Assembly: GCA_012026655.1 (NCBI GenBank)
Contig: JAAILG010001494.1
Location: 1-64,000, forward strand
Origin: Hydrolagus affinis
Lineage: Eukaryota
Reading direction: 5' to 3'
DNA: 64,000 nt
A model generated the notes under the pieces. That model did not search any database. It saw only the letters and a program-made list of their open reading frames with translations, and was not told the origin of the DNA. This document shows positions 38,837 to 52,265 of this stretch, one piece after another. The number at the start of each line of letters is the position of its first letter. Positions within the stretch are counted from its first letter, which is position 1. Position numbers and translations under genes: made by a program.

Positions 38837-40791
38837 CACAAAAAGTCTGCATGACTATCTTAATTTCTGCCAAAGATAGCAGGTTTCACTGAAATAGTAA
38901 AAGATCTTACCCAGGAGATATTACAAAGCCTGAACGGATCTTGACCCAGGCTCACATTTGGAGCAAAAGGTCAGTGGAGCTTTGCTTGCTGACATAGCAA
39001 CCAGGGTAAACACGACAGTCGAGCAAAACAGGAGGAACTAATGATAGGAGACAAGTCAATAGCATTGAGCCTTCTAGAAATCAAACAAATCTTCGCAATG
39101 GCTTCAATGCAGAGACTGCTCCAATTACCAAAATGCATACCCACAACCAGAATAAACCTCAATGAACCAGCTCTGCTTAGGACGATTAAGCTCTCAGCTG
39201 ATAACAATTCCACCATTTGTTCATTGAGGCATTTGATGTATTGCTGGTCTTTCTTTGCTGTGTTTACTTTATTAAAAAAAAGAGACTACTTAAAAATACA
39301 TTAGACTTGTGTTTATTTGTTGAGAATTATGTTGTGGTATTTACATTTCTAAGGCATTAAATTGTGATGATACTTTCATATCTGAACAGCCTGAGTTCCA
39401 CAGCTAACGATGTTTCAAAGAGTGCTCCACATACCACTGTCAGATTGCAGTGAAAGTCTCAGTTTCAAGGCCAAAAAGATTGTTCTGGGACTAAAAGAGC
39501 ATATGCTTTCCAGAAAAGCTCTTCTGTTTCTCTTCCATTTCACTGGCTCCTGTCTTAATTTTACAGCTCGTGATTGAGATTTCCCCACCCACTCTTTCAC
39601 TATTTCATAATCAAAAGAATGAAGCACAACACCCTGAGTCAAAGTAAAATAAGAAAACTAAAATAATCCATGGGAGAGATGTTTTGCTTAGCCTTCTCCT
39701 CCCCATCCCACCCCCCACCCCCATTACATTGGCCTGCCTGAGCTGGTAGCAACCATTAGGGCCAGTGTTAGAAACAAAAGAGAAATACTGGCACAAAAAC
39801 AGCATTTGCCATTCAGGAGCCCAACTCAAAGTATACGGAGAGGACTATCATGTCTTACTGCTCTGTTCAACAGTACAGCTGAATAGTAACACATTGGCCA
39901 CCACACCAGCCTTTCAACATGTCGGCTATTTGCAGTTTTATCCCAGAGTTGCTGAATAAATGTGTCATTCTAACCTGGTACAAAATCAACACTAAACAAA
40001 TGCTAGCAGAAGGCAGCAAAGGATCAGTCACATTATTACGTATTTTTGATTGTATTTCCATTCTTTTTCACTTATTGTTTAGGGCTGACACATTTTCTCA
40101 GTATGTATTTTAAGCAATTCAACAACTGGTTGGATACTCAACACACTTAACACACCATCACCACCCTGATGACTGAGGCATTTTATCCAGCTGGCAGGAT
40201 CGCAGGAGCATCACTTGTTCAATCTCTGGTCTAAGAAAAATCAGGCTGCTCCTGAAGACTCTTCCCTCCTCCCAATGCAGATCCCTCCTGCAAACATGAA
40301 CCGAGCATTACAGCTCGGCTGTGATTTACACTGCAGTTGAATAATCTGCTTCTCTTACTGTCAAGACTTACACATGACTAATGGGTGAGGGGTGTTGGGA
40401 GAGGCAGATAAAAGACTTTGTGTATCACTCAGCACCTCACCTTTCTTCAGTCCAATGGCACAACTAATGGTGTCAATTTAATGGTAAGTTCAATATTTAG
40501 TGCATCCAATGTACCAAGGCGAAAATAGTTAAGTGTCTCTCTGAGACAATGAATGGAAAGCAATCTGGCAAGAAACCCTTCCCACCCATCTCAACATAAA
40601 CAGATTCAGTAATAATTGTTATAGGATGTTCTCAGAATATGCAGTGTTGAGGCCATTCAATCATTCACTCTGCCAAACAGAAATAAAACATCCCTGGCTA
40701 GCTTTGTTTTTGATTTTGTCTTGCTGGATGCAGAATACTACAGGGAAAGCACAATGGACATCATAATCCTTGTATTTGATATAGTTCCTTA

Positions 40792-41160
40792 TGGGGTCCA
40801 TCAATATGGAAATTTTCCGATATCGATATATCGGTTTGCCAATATCGATATATACCGATATACCAATATCACCGATATATACCGATATATCAATTGATAT
40901 ATCGATATATCTATATAGCGGGGGGGTTTTGTCCTGCGCATGCTCGCGCATTCCGGTGTGTGTACGCATTCGGATATCAACAATGTAAGTTGAAAAAGTC
41001 CGCATTATACCGATATATCGCCGGACATGATATATCAATATTTGTGATATCTAGATTTTTTTTTCGATATATATCAATATATTTGAAATTCCAATATCGG
41101 CATATCGATATGAAAATTATATCGAATATAACCAATATATCTATATATCGCCGGACCCTC
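40792..41160. mobile_element. Non-autonomous hAT-like MITE with degenerate TIRs and 8-bp target-site duplication
   Basis: Left TGGGGTCCATCAATAT vs right ATATATCGCCGGACCCTC; flanks GTTCCTTA (40784-40791) and GTGACTTA (41161-41168); many (C)GATAT/ATATCG subterminal repeats. Confidence 0.8.
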
Positions 41161-42425
41161 GTGACTTATCAAACCAAACGTTATAAAGAACTTTACCTCA
41201 ATGAATGAGCTCTGCTTAGAAATAGTGTATTTTGTGGCAAAGGATTAACAGTTAGTTTGCAGGGTATTGCTGGGCAGAAACAGCTGCAAAGAGAATGACC
41301 ATTTCTTTTATTGACCAGGATAAAGGGAGAAACATTTTCTCTTTCTGAATAGTGCCCTAAGCTCTTTAACATCCACTTGAACAGGTAGACAGAATCTCGG
41401 TATCATGTCTCATTCAAAACACAAACATTAATAATACAACAATTAGCATTTTTATCATTACCATCACAAGCGATACTGTGTGATGCAAGTCTACAGTTAT
41501 TGTTTTACCTTGGAAGCTGGCAAGGCTTAGAATACAGCAGGTTATTAAAAGTCCATTTTCAGAAAATGGAGCAGCTCGAGAATTCTGTAACTGTTTGGAA
41601 AACAGCAGATCCTTCAAAATGTTATCTCTCAGCTCTGAGTGATTTGGCATTTAGCGTTGACAGCTAAACACTGGAACAGATCCTGACAAGCTGGACAATA
41701 GGACATGTCTTTGGGAATCGGAGTCTACTTCAATCATAGTTTGGGAATGGGTTGCTCTGTCCGAACCCATGACCACAAACAACAGCAACAAAGGACAGGA
41801 ACAAGCAGAGCTCAGTGTTGGGAGGAATCACAATGGGGTCGAAAAAGTGGTTGAACAGGAAAAGCACCTAGGAACATAAAGTAAATCTTATGCTGGAAAG
41901 CATATCACACCGAGTCCCGAATTCCATCCTCTGAGACAATCTCAGGTACATTTTCTCTTTTTTTCCTCTTTTTCATAGTATTCTCCACTCAATTTTATTA
42001 TTCCCATTTACGTTCCCTCCCCTCTCCTGTATCACTCATCTTTCCTCTCCTAAAGAACAAATAGGTGAAATTAGCCTCTCAGAAGCTGCCGCACCCACTT
42101 CTTCTGCCAGCTCGGAGTGGCTCATCCTCTCATTTCTCTAATATTTCTGGAAGTGGGAGAAAGTAAGACCTTGGCTGACATTGAACTGTCACTCCTGTAA
42201 CTCCTGCACCATCACCCCCACAACCGCAACATCCCCAGGAGTACAGCCAACATCACAAAACTTCCAATGAGAAAACGAACATTAAACATGCATGAAACAC
42301 CTGCCATGGTTCTTTAAGGCATCAGGGATGCATGCACAATTTTTTACATATATAATCAAGTACAAAAACAATCTTTTCATCTCCCAAAACACTCTAAACA
42401 CATTTAGTTTCCATTATAAACAATA

Positions 42426-42555
42426 GGGCTTAAAATCCAATTGGTATTACATGTATTACTGCCTTTAGCAATGTTCACTGTAAATTGAATTTTCCCAATT
42501 ATAATTGTGCATTGCCAAAGATGTGAGCCCTAACCCTGATTGGATTTTCTGCCCA
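42426..42555. mobile_element. Short old MITE with GGGC termini (PIF/Harbinger-like)
   Basis: GGGCTTAAAATCCAAT ... ATTGGATTTTCTGCCC imperfect inverted termini. Confidence 0.45.
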
Positions 42556-45500
42556 AATATGTTGATTCTTAGCAGTAATATGAGTTTTCATATTCATAAT
42601 ATGAGTTTTCATATGAGTTGGACATCAGGCCAGAGGCAAGAAGGTTGGACTATATACAAATCTCACTTGCTGTTTGCTAAACCTACTATATTGAGAGGAA
42701 TTGAGCCAAACAGCCACTTTTCCATCTGTGTTTCGAGTTGAATCAGTGCTGCAATGCTACAGTTCGGGTGCAACAACTAACTTCAATCCTTTAGGCTAAA
42801 GAGAACTTCTGATTACTATGCAGTGCCCCATATCCTGCAGTAAAGTACATTTATGTGGACACCATTGAACGAGGGCTGAATCAATATTGTTGGGCATGTC
42901 CCCCACAGTTAAATCAGAAATTTATAGCACAGATGGAATGCATGTTCTGCGTCTCTGAGAGAGTTACCCATTTAGTCTAACACTGCTCTTTTCATGAATA
43001 CCATTTTATAGTTATCCTTCTCAAATATGTATCTAGAATACATATTTATATTCTGGATGTCCTCCAGACGTGAAAGGCGCTGTATACTAGTAATTTTGTT
43101 GTTGTTGTAGTAGATTCACCTGCCAGCCTTCACTGTCTGGGTTCACACATGAAGAAAGGTCACTCGGACACAATATTCGAGATCAAGCCCCATAGAATCG
43201 GTGTGTGCAAAAGCAGAAGACTGAAAATTGGAAAAGGAGGTGACAAGAAGCATTAAATTCAGTGTTTAATTTTATCCCGAGATCTACTCCTATCAGAACT
43301 GTTAGGGAACTCCTTCCTCTCACCCACACATGCTATGTGAGATTACCTGAGGCAGTTTGGTTGATAGTTTTTCTGAACCCCTGTGATTATTTTCATTATC
43401 AGATCTTTAATGGCAGCATAATTACAGTCAATGGTCATTTATTCAGCTCAAATGCCTCTTAAATACAGAGTGTGCTCTTTACGGATTCTTCAATAGTTTT
43501 CTTACTAAAGAAAATGTGGCTTTTCTTTGTCAACAGCAATTAATTTTATGAAGCCTAGTAACTGATTATATGCACCCACACAGAAGATCCAACTCTAACA
43601 AAATACAACTTTCCCTTTAATAGCGTATATTACCATCGAGGGCTCTGTGGAATGATGCCATTTCCTTTGAAGTGATCGAAGGATGTGTCTCACTAGTAAA
43701 AATATTTTTGCCTTAAATCACACACTAATCTCATATAAATATTTTTGCATTAGATCACAAATTTCCAAACCAAAATGCTTTCAAAACCACACAGATGTTT
43801 CAGAATCATTTTTCAAGGATATAAAATAGGTACATTTTCATTTCATTTTCATGCATTTTTTCTCTACTAAGGTCAAGAGAATGGCAGGTCAACTTGCTAC
43901 CAGGCACCTGCCCACTGCTGCTCTGCAACCATCTCCTGCAAGTGACCTGCTGTCCTGCCAATAACTCTCCCTCTGTTTTCGTTACCACGAAAGGGACACC
44001 TATTATTACTGCAGCTATCATAAGTCTTATAAAAGGAATGTTCCCAAACTCTTCAACCATTCAACAGCCAATTCTTCTACGCAAACACTTAAATGGAAAA
44101 TAATGATACAGAAAATAATACAATACAGAACGTAGCACAATTTATTTTTAAAAAGAGTTGTTGGAATATGGAATAATTCAGCACAACTGGCCAACTCTAT
44201 ATTGAGCTTGGATTTGATATAGAGCCTTTCAAGCATCTCAAAGCACTTCACAAGATTTTGTGTTGTGCAATGCGTAGATATTTGCACGAAAAAGCAGTGT
44301 CACATAAATGGCCATGAAGTGAATGAACAATTTTATTTTGGACGTTGTTGGCCAAGACATTGGGCGAAACTCACTTCTCTTTCGAATAAAAATCCTTAAA
44401 AGGATAATTGGGTAAATAATTGAGGAAAATTAGTATCAAGGTAAGAGAGCAGGAGAATAGTATTAGAATTGACAGCTCCATTAGGGGAGCTAGCAGCAGC
44501 ACCAATATAATGGGCCAAACAGCCTCTACCTGTGTTGTAAATGTTCTATAATATTGATTTTAATATATCTGCCCTCATAACATCAGCTTGCATCAGACCT
44601 GAAAATCAGTTCTCCCCAGAGTGACAGGAATAACACAGCCTCTTTCCCATTCATGATGCTGTGCAATGGTGCTGTCTTATCACTTCATTGATCAGTTTGT
44701 TATTGCTGCACTTATTTACAGATATTATAAAATGGCTCATTCTGAGGCCAGTTTGCCAAGCCAACATGGATTTCTTTCCACTATAGCAGATTAGATCGGC
44801 AGACAAAACAGGAATGGATTATGCAAATAATTAAGTGGGAATCAAATCAACAAATGTATTAAATTAACTAAATTGGTTTTATTTACACAGAACATTAAAG
44901 AAGAAACATTAAGATTTCAAACTAGCCCAATCAATTTTTTTCAATGCTTCATAAGATCGTTCTAGAAAATGTTGTGCTTTTGTCACCTGTGCACAAGGAG
45001 AATGCAAGTTTTTGCTTATTCCCATAAAAGATTATCAAACTTTGTCTTTGGAAAAGGTTTGCTTGGAAAAGCAGTCACAACACTGGATAACAACTTCCTC
45101 AAATCACTTTGCTTTGACATTATAAGGTGCTATAAAATTCATTTTTCCCCATCATCCATTAAATTCCTCAAGAGTGGAGAGTAGCTCCCATTAGCTTACG
45201 GGGTAAACATCTTACTGAGTAAACCAGATAAGGTCATCTCAAGCTGTTATGTACATAGCAAAGGTTCCCTCACTGGAGTGCATCACTTGTGACTGAAACA
45301 GTTATAGAGTCTGTACTTAGTATTGAATATACAGTATGAGCTAAATTTAGTGTGTGTTTACAGAGTCTGTAGTTAATGTAATATGCTTGGTGTGGGTAAT
45401 ATTTTGTGTTTGTTTATACAGTCTGTACTTAATGTGGATAATATTCAGTCTCTTTATAGAGCCTGTATTTCATGTGAGATTTTGCGGGGCAGCTGGGTGA

Positions 45501-45659
45501 CTGATATATGCGGAATCCCATCACTATGCTTAGAAACATAGAAATCTACAGAGGAGGAGGCAATTCAGCTCATCATCTGGTCTGCTTCTCCAAGAACAGC
45601 TGGTTAACCAGGTTGGCTGTGCTGTCATCCCTTAGACTCATTGAATTTGTGTGCAACCT

Positions 45660-46260
45660 AGCCATCAGGTTTGACCCACATCTGTTCCTCCTTCCCCTTA
45701 TCAAATCCCCGACCAGGAGTGGTTCCGCCACCTCCACCACATTGCCCACCTCCGCCACATTTCCCACCTCCGACCATACTTTACCCCAGACACAGCCAAA
45801 ACACTCATCCATGCATTCACCTCCCAAATCGACTTTCAAATGCCCTCTTTCCCAATCTCCCCAGCTCCATCATGTATAAGATCCAGCTAATCCAAAACTC
45901 CACTGGCCATAAGTTCATCTGTTCTAAACTCCACACCCCGATCACATCAGTTCTAGCCAGGCTCCACTAGCTCGCTATCATCGAATGGATTGATTTCAAG
46001 ATCCTCATGCTCGTTTTCAAATCCTTTCATACCTGGCACCTCCCTATCTATCCGACCTGTTTACACCAAAACCCGTTGCCTCCGCTTGACTAGCTCCAAG
46101 CTTTGGTATATCCTTCATGCCATCAGGGTGGCCGCTCTTTTATCCACTACACCCTAAAATTCTTGAACACTCTTACTCTATCCCTCTGTCTTGCCCCCTA
46201 TTTCCCCCCCTGAAGACCTTCTTTTTTGACCGTGCTTAGGGGGACCTCCCACTCTCTATG
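45660..46260 (+). mobile_element. L2 LINE fragment
   Basis: KIQLIQNS...HTPITSVLARLH in ORF 45671-45970; gatttcaagatcctcatgctcgttttcaaatcc. Confidence 0.8.
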
Positions 46261-46654
46261 GCTTTTTGTTGTGCTCCGCCACTATCCAGCTAAATTCTGG
46301 ACATTCCATTTCCAAACATATTGACTTGGAGCCAGTTCAGCTCCAAGGAGACCCCACTTGCTGCACCCCCTCCTCCCCCCCAGCCAAAAGTATAGCATGA
46401 GATTCACTGTGTGGATAATACTTCAGTGTCTGTTTGCAGAGTCTGTATATAGTGTAAAAATCACTTCGTGGGTAATATTTAGTGAGGAGTTTGGGGTGAG
46501 ATCAGAATGCAAGACTTTGTGTTCATAACTCGTGCGGGATTATACATTTTATATCCAGGAGCTGTAACCAACATGTTTATAATAGCAGGTTCAAATGTTT
46601 CTTAATTATTTCTATCCTTAAAAATATAAATTTTTTCTTCCAGCCTAATGTTAC

Positions 46655-46910
46655 AAAGAATAGCAGAGAATTTACAACACAGAAGGAGGCCATTCAGCCC
46701 CTCATGTCAGTGATGGTGCAAATCCTTCCCCCCACCCCCAAACACCAGTATCACCAACTATCTACTCTCATAACCTTTTGATATCTTTGCTGCAAGTGTT
46801 TATCCAATTCCCTTTTAAAAGCTCTTATCGGCTTCAGACCACATGAGCAGCAGCAGCATTCCACAGTCTAACTGTGTTTAAAAAATCTTTCAAAAAGGCC
46901 TCTTTTCTCT
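46655..46910 (-). mobile_element. Degenerate CR1 3' UTR
   Basis: agaatttacaacacagaaggaggccattcagccc...tatccaattcccttttaaaa; similar remnants near 13968-14030, 17545-17690, 34780-34945. Confidence 0.65.
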
Positions 46911-49334
46911 TCTGTCTTTGTTGTGCGAAAGGTTTCTGGATCAGCTCTGTGAGAGGAGAATCCAGAGGAGAATGGAGAACCAGTGGAGCAGGGTATCTGG
47001 GGAGGAGGGGAAACTTAGATTCTCATTTTTCCTGCTGACAGACTTGCAGTGGGAGTAATTATAAGCACAACTCCCCAGCCCAGACTCTCTGTCACTGATA
47101 GATTGAGATACACATTATTTAATACTGAACAGCAGTTGGGGAGGTTAGTGTGACGTCACCTGCTACAATATAACTAAATCCAATTATCGCACGATGAGAA
47201 TAAAACTCTCGATTCATACTAGTTGTCCAACAAGCAGGATTCAATATGGCTTCATCACTATCATGGTTTCAAAAATAAAATTCGAAACGTTTCTTACACA
47301 AAACTAGCAAACACAGTACGAACACAGTAAGCACAAACGTGTGTCGAGAATAAACGCAAAATTTTCTTTGTATAAACTATGTAACCATCTATCCATTACG
47401 GAACAGGAACCTTTGAGCTGAATAAAGCTTCCAGCACATGGCAATTTAATCAGCTGCACATCTTGCCTTCAAAAGACACAGTAACTACACTTTATGGTAA
47501 ATCCTGTGAAGCAACTTGAGATGTTCTCCCGAATGAAAGGCACTATATCACATGCAGGATTATTATTATTTTAAGTATTATCCCCATTTTCACGGATCAA
47601 TAGTGTCTAAAACTGTGCTCTCTAGCAGCTTATTATAATAATAATCCTTGTATTCTATATAGTGCCTTGATTTAGAGTCTTTGAAATGCTTCAAAGTGCA
47701 TCACCGAATATACTGCAAAGTGAATTGACTGCATTTTGTGGGCAAAATATGTGTGGCTTCAGCTTCAGACTGTGTGGCTATTGGCGAAGTCATAAACAGC
47801 ATTTTCTACATGGAATTTATTCACTGCACATCATGTGCTCCTCAGAGATTTCAACTCGGACCCAAATTGACATTAGAGCTAAAGCCTTAGGACTCTGTGT
47901 GACATACAGGAAAAACTTTGTTGAAGTCGCGGGTGGCTTTACTGAATTCAATTTGACAGTTGCATCACTGGAATACCTTTTAGACACCTCTGCTGCTACT
48001 GAAAAGAGTCTGCCCCAACGTATCTGTCTGTTTTTCAGACACCAAGAACCAAATCTGCAATCTGTGTCAAAATGCAGCATTGCACTTGCTGGCAATATCA
48101 CAGTGGTGAAGGGGAGCACACATGTTTTCTCCTGTACACATTCAAGAAAGCCTGATTTTCAGAATCAAAAGACACAGGAGCACAGTTAAAGAGGAAGTCC
48201 TCAATTCTCTTCACTCCACTCGGTTTTCACGCCGAGATGTGCCAACGGCGGGACAGAGGGTGGCGCCTGTCAAGTTGTGTACCTGGGCAAGCAATTCACA
48301 GTGAGTAAGTGAAAAAGTAAAAAGTTAGCAGGTCACCTCTCCTCACAGCTAGCCAGGGAGCATCAGAGCAGGGCTCGGACTACAAAAGCCACATTCAAAA
48401 GTAAAACAGAATGATTTTTTTACACAGCAAGTTTAAACAAGTAAATAGCTTTCTAAGCAGTAGTTCCTGACTGCCTGCTGTGTTTAGGAAAAATAAAACA
48501 ACTTTCTTTGTATAAACTATACAATCATCTAATGGATGAAGTAGCTCCATTATGGAACAGGATCCTTTGAGCTGAATAAAGCTTCTACCACATGCACTTT
48601 AATCAGCCGCAAGTCCCCCGTTCACTTACATACCACATTCCTATTGAAGATCAGTGGAGTCTGCCATTAGGTAGCTCTTCTGTATATGAACAAAACCGAC
48701 CTTTAATTTTTCATTTGGCTGCAGGTTTATCCGGCACTTTTCTTTTAAAGGGACAGGTAAAGAAAAGCTTACATTTTTATAGAAACTTATCATATGGAAA
48801 TGTCTAAGTGACTAAAAAGTAATTATTCTCAATTCCAGTGGCTTTATTTTATTGTAGCCATTTAGCACAAACAAAGTCCCATAAATAGCCATAAGGTGAA
48901 TGATCAATTAATTTGGAGGATTCTAGACCAAGACAAACTCCCTGGCAAATGATCCTACAAACCAATTTACGAGGTTTGTAAACAGAGGAACAAGGAATGG
49001 TGCAATTACCAGTGTGATTACCCCACTGAATCACTGATTGCATCTGCTGCAAAAGTACTGTTTAATGTGGCTATTTAACTTAACCATTATACTTAATGCA
49101 GTCACCACACATTTTTCCTCAATGGTTGATATAGTAAACAGTTGGATTTAATGTATCGTAGGCACTAAAAATAAGATCTTTTTTCCACAAATCTTTATAA
49201 TAGGATTTCCTTAAATTTAGGGGAAATGAGGTGTATAAAATGCACAATGAGAATGGCGAAAGAAAAGGATAGAAAAATACTTTCAAATATGCTGAGACAG
49301 TTTCGGGTTGGTGAACGCTATTTCAAAACATACA

Positions 49335-49530
49335 TTAGGATGTATTTCTTTGCACAGAGGGTAATCAACAGATGGGATGGATTACAGGAAAGGGATGAGA
49401 TGAGAACACTGAACTCATTTAAGAAACAGCTTGATGGTGTAACATGCAGATGTAGGGTAGGTATTCTGCAAGAAAGTTATCAATTTGGGCAAAGGGTTTT
49501 TCTTCATCCAAACCTCTCTTATGATCTTGT
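49335..49530 (+). mobile_element. Degenerate CR1 3' end
   Basis: ttctttgcacagagggtaatcaacagatgggatgg (FFAQRVINRW) followed by 3' UTR-like sequence. Confidence 0.6.
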
Positions 49531-50184
49531 CATCACAATCAAGTAATTGATTTAGGATGGGTGGGGGGAGAGGGTGGGGGGGGAAGAGTGCACAATAACA
49601 TCCTTGTCTAGAAGAGCATTTACCAAATTAAATTCTGGTGTCTGACCCTTTCATCTTCAGGTCATGGTTTTTACAATACACAAGCAGCAGCTCTTGCATA
49701 AAATGGTCTATTTAAAGGCATGCCTGCTGTCTTCATGAAAATATGATTGTTAAACCCCATTCTCAGTTTATAAGTGCACAACAATGAATTGCATTTGTTT
49801 ATATTGTGCACATTAAGTCATGTTTGCAATGATATTGTCATGCTAATAAACATTTAGTCTTCCCCCCACCCTCTACAAAGAAATCTTGCTGAACGTTTAT
49901 TTTATTGAGACAGTGTAATGCCCCTCAATGCTTTCAATGAGAAACCCACCAGGACCTATTTCACAGTGTGCACACCACAACAACAAATTGCATTTACACA
50001 TAAGGAGAAAAAAATAGTACCATCACAACACGATTAAGGACATGCAAGTATGGTCTATTTACACCCCTTTGACTCACTAGTCTAGACTCTAAATAGTCCA
50101 GTGATATCACATCTCAGGTAAGTAATTAAACAGAAAATGATAAGAGTTAGAAATGTTCATATTGATGTCAAAATATGAACTATA

Positions 50185-50292
50185 TCATAAATCAAAACAA
50201 AAATCACTGGGAACATTCAGCAGGTTAGGCAGCATCTATGGAGAAAGGAAATGTGAGTCAACGTTTCGGATCCATGACCCTCAGTCAGAACA
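50185..50292. repeat. Penelope-like repeat remnant typical of cartilaginous fishes (related fragment near 5405-5500)
   Basis: ctgggaacattcagcaggttaggcagcatctatggaga..aacgtttc; reverse-complement counterpart gctgcctgatctgctgagtttccccagc near 5457-5484. Family assignment from memory. Confidence 0.55.
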
Positions 50293-52265
50293 TGAACTAT
50301 ACTGATGTTCAATTTTTACTGCTTCTCGTGTCATTGCCTTGCCTCCACGAAACCAGAAAGATACTGATAAGAGTTAATGCTTCTGATGCAATGGGGAGTG
50401 GAAATTATGAATTAGGCTTCCTGCTCTACATTTTCTCACTGCTGGAACTCAGCTGGCTTGACTTGCTGCAGTATAAACTCTGCACAAGCGGCACAACAGA
50501 TCTGTATGTGCTGAATTACACTCTGTCTATGCTGGGGACTTGTCCCTGCTCAGACCTAGGTTATGACTACCAACACTCATTTCAAACAGAGCCCTTACAG
50601 CCAGCAGAGAGAGAAAGCTTTCATCCCAGCAGTTTTAGCTGGATTCCCAGAGATGAAAGGACAGTTTTCTACCCAACTTCGCCAGTAATCTACAATAAAC
50701 TCCTGATAGTTCGTCACTTAACTTGTTACTAATACTTAAGTTATCATGCTGTCAACATTCTGGCTGCATTTATACATTTATTTATGTACTTATACATATG
50801 CCTACCTCACCACTTAGGACAGCTCATTACTGAAATCTTTCTTCTTAGAGTGAGATATCAGGAGTTTATTGTAATTCATTCATTTACATTCTTGGGTAAA
50901 AAAATCAGTATTATCATTAAAACATCAATGAACTATCTGCACCATGAGTTGATGGGATCGTTACATATTCTTATTAATTAAGTTCTTCAAACACCCATTG
51001 AACAGGGCAGTCAAGAGTCCTCACAGAGACCCTCATTAGTTATGTGGTTTGTTCTCCCCAACATGCAATATTGTAACACAGCTGTATCATGGAGTTAAAA
51101 CCATTCTACTGTTTTACGTTTTGAATACCGTAAGTAACATTATATACCAGAGTGTGCATTGTTTAAGACAAGAAATATGTTTGTTTTGTTAAACTCATTC
51201 TGTTCGGATGCTCCCCTCCCCATTCAGGCGGCAGACTGGCATAGTTAGAATAAAAATCCATAGTTTTGGTGGAGCACCTTTCAACATACTGCCTATCTCA
51301 ACTAGTTACTTATCTCTCTTTCTTTTCTTTATTAGGCATAAGGCTATAATTCCGCTTCAGAATTGCACAATTACTCCCTTATGGTACCTGTTAACCATAT
51401 GACAGTATTATTCTGCTGTGATAACATCACATTAGCTGCTCGTAACCTTCAATCAATATAATAGCCGTTCTGCTTTAACCATCATTAACATTTTCATTGT
51501 ATGGTAGAGGAATGTAGGGACTGAGTGAAAAGCCAGTGCAGTAATTTATTTTCAGGTTCAGATAACCTCCATATGCTCTTGTAATTTACAATATTATCTA
51601 GCCCTAAACATTTAAACAGAACCACATTTCAATGATCCTGATTCTGCATGTTAACATTCTTCATTTGAATCTACTTCAGTTTATGAATATCACTGTAATG
51701 ACGGTTTACAAAACTGTTAATGTTACTGTGCAACAAGAATTTGCACTTAGGTAGCACCGTTTACACAGTGAGATATTCTTAAAACTACTTTACAAAGAAG
51801 TGGGAGCCTGAGCTGCAAGGGACATAGGGTGCAGAGGCACAAGGTAGCCAAAAGCACAATCCAAAAAATAAGTCTTTAGACTGGGTATGAAAAATAAAAT
51901 AATAATAATCCTTGCATTTGATATAGCACTTTTCACATCTTATCAACATCCCAAAGCGCTGCACAGAATATACTGTAAAGTAAATTGACTGTATATATTT
52001 GTGGGCGAAAGCAGAGAAGCAGTGAGGATGAGAGACATCAGAACACAATACCATAGACAGGGCAAAGTAACTGAAAGCTTACACAAAGGTGGAGCACAGT
52101 GGGAGGAGAAATGAGGGGAGGAAATATAGGCTTGCTAAATAAGGGGTGTGAAGGAACAGAGAGACCTGTGGGTTTGTGTAAGTGATTCTTTGAAGGTGGC
52201 AGGACAGGTAGATAAGGCTGTTAAAAAAGCATACGGGATTCTAGGCTTTATAAATAGGGATATAG

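Noticed and set aside
40792-41160. CRISPR-like or coding interpretation of the GATATATCG repeats and overlapping Ile/Tyr-rich ORFs
   Set aside because: Irregular palindromic subterminal repeats of a MITE with no repeat-spacer periodicity; eukaryotic context; ORFs are low-complexity artefacts.
47686-48189. 167-aa ORF
   Set aside because: Starts inside an antisense SINE tail, no recognisable domain, lies antisense within an intron.
50238-50732. 164-aa ORF
   Set aside because: Begins in a Penelope-like remnant; no recognisable domain or splice support.
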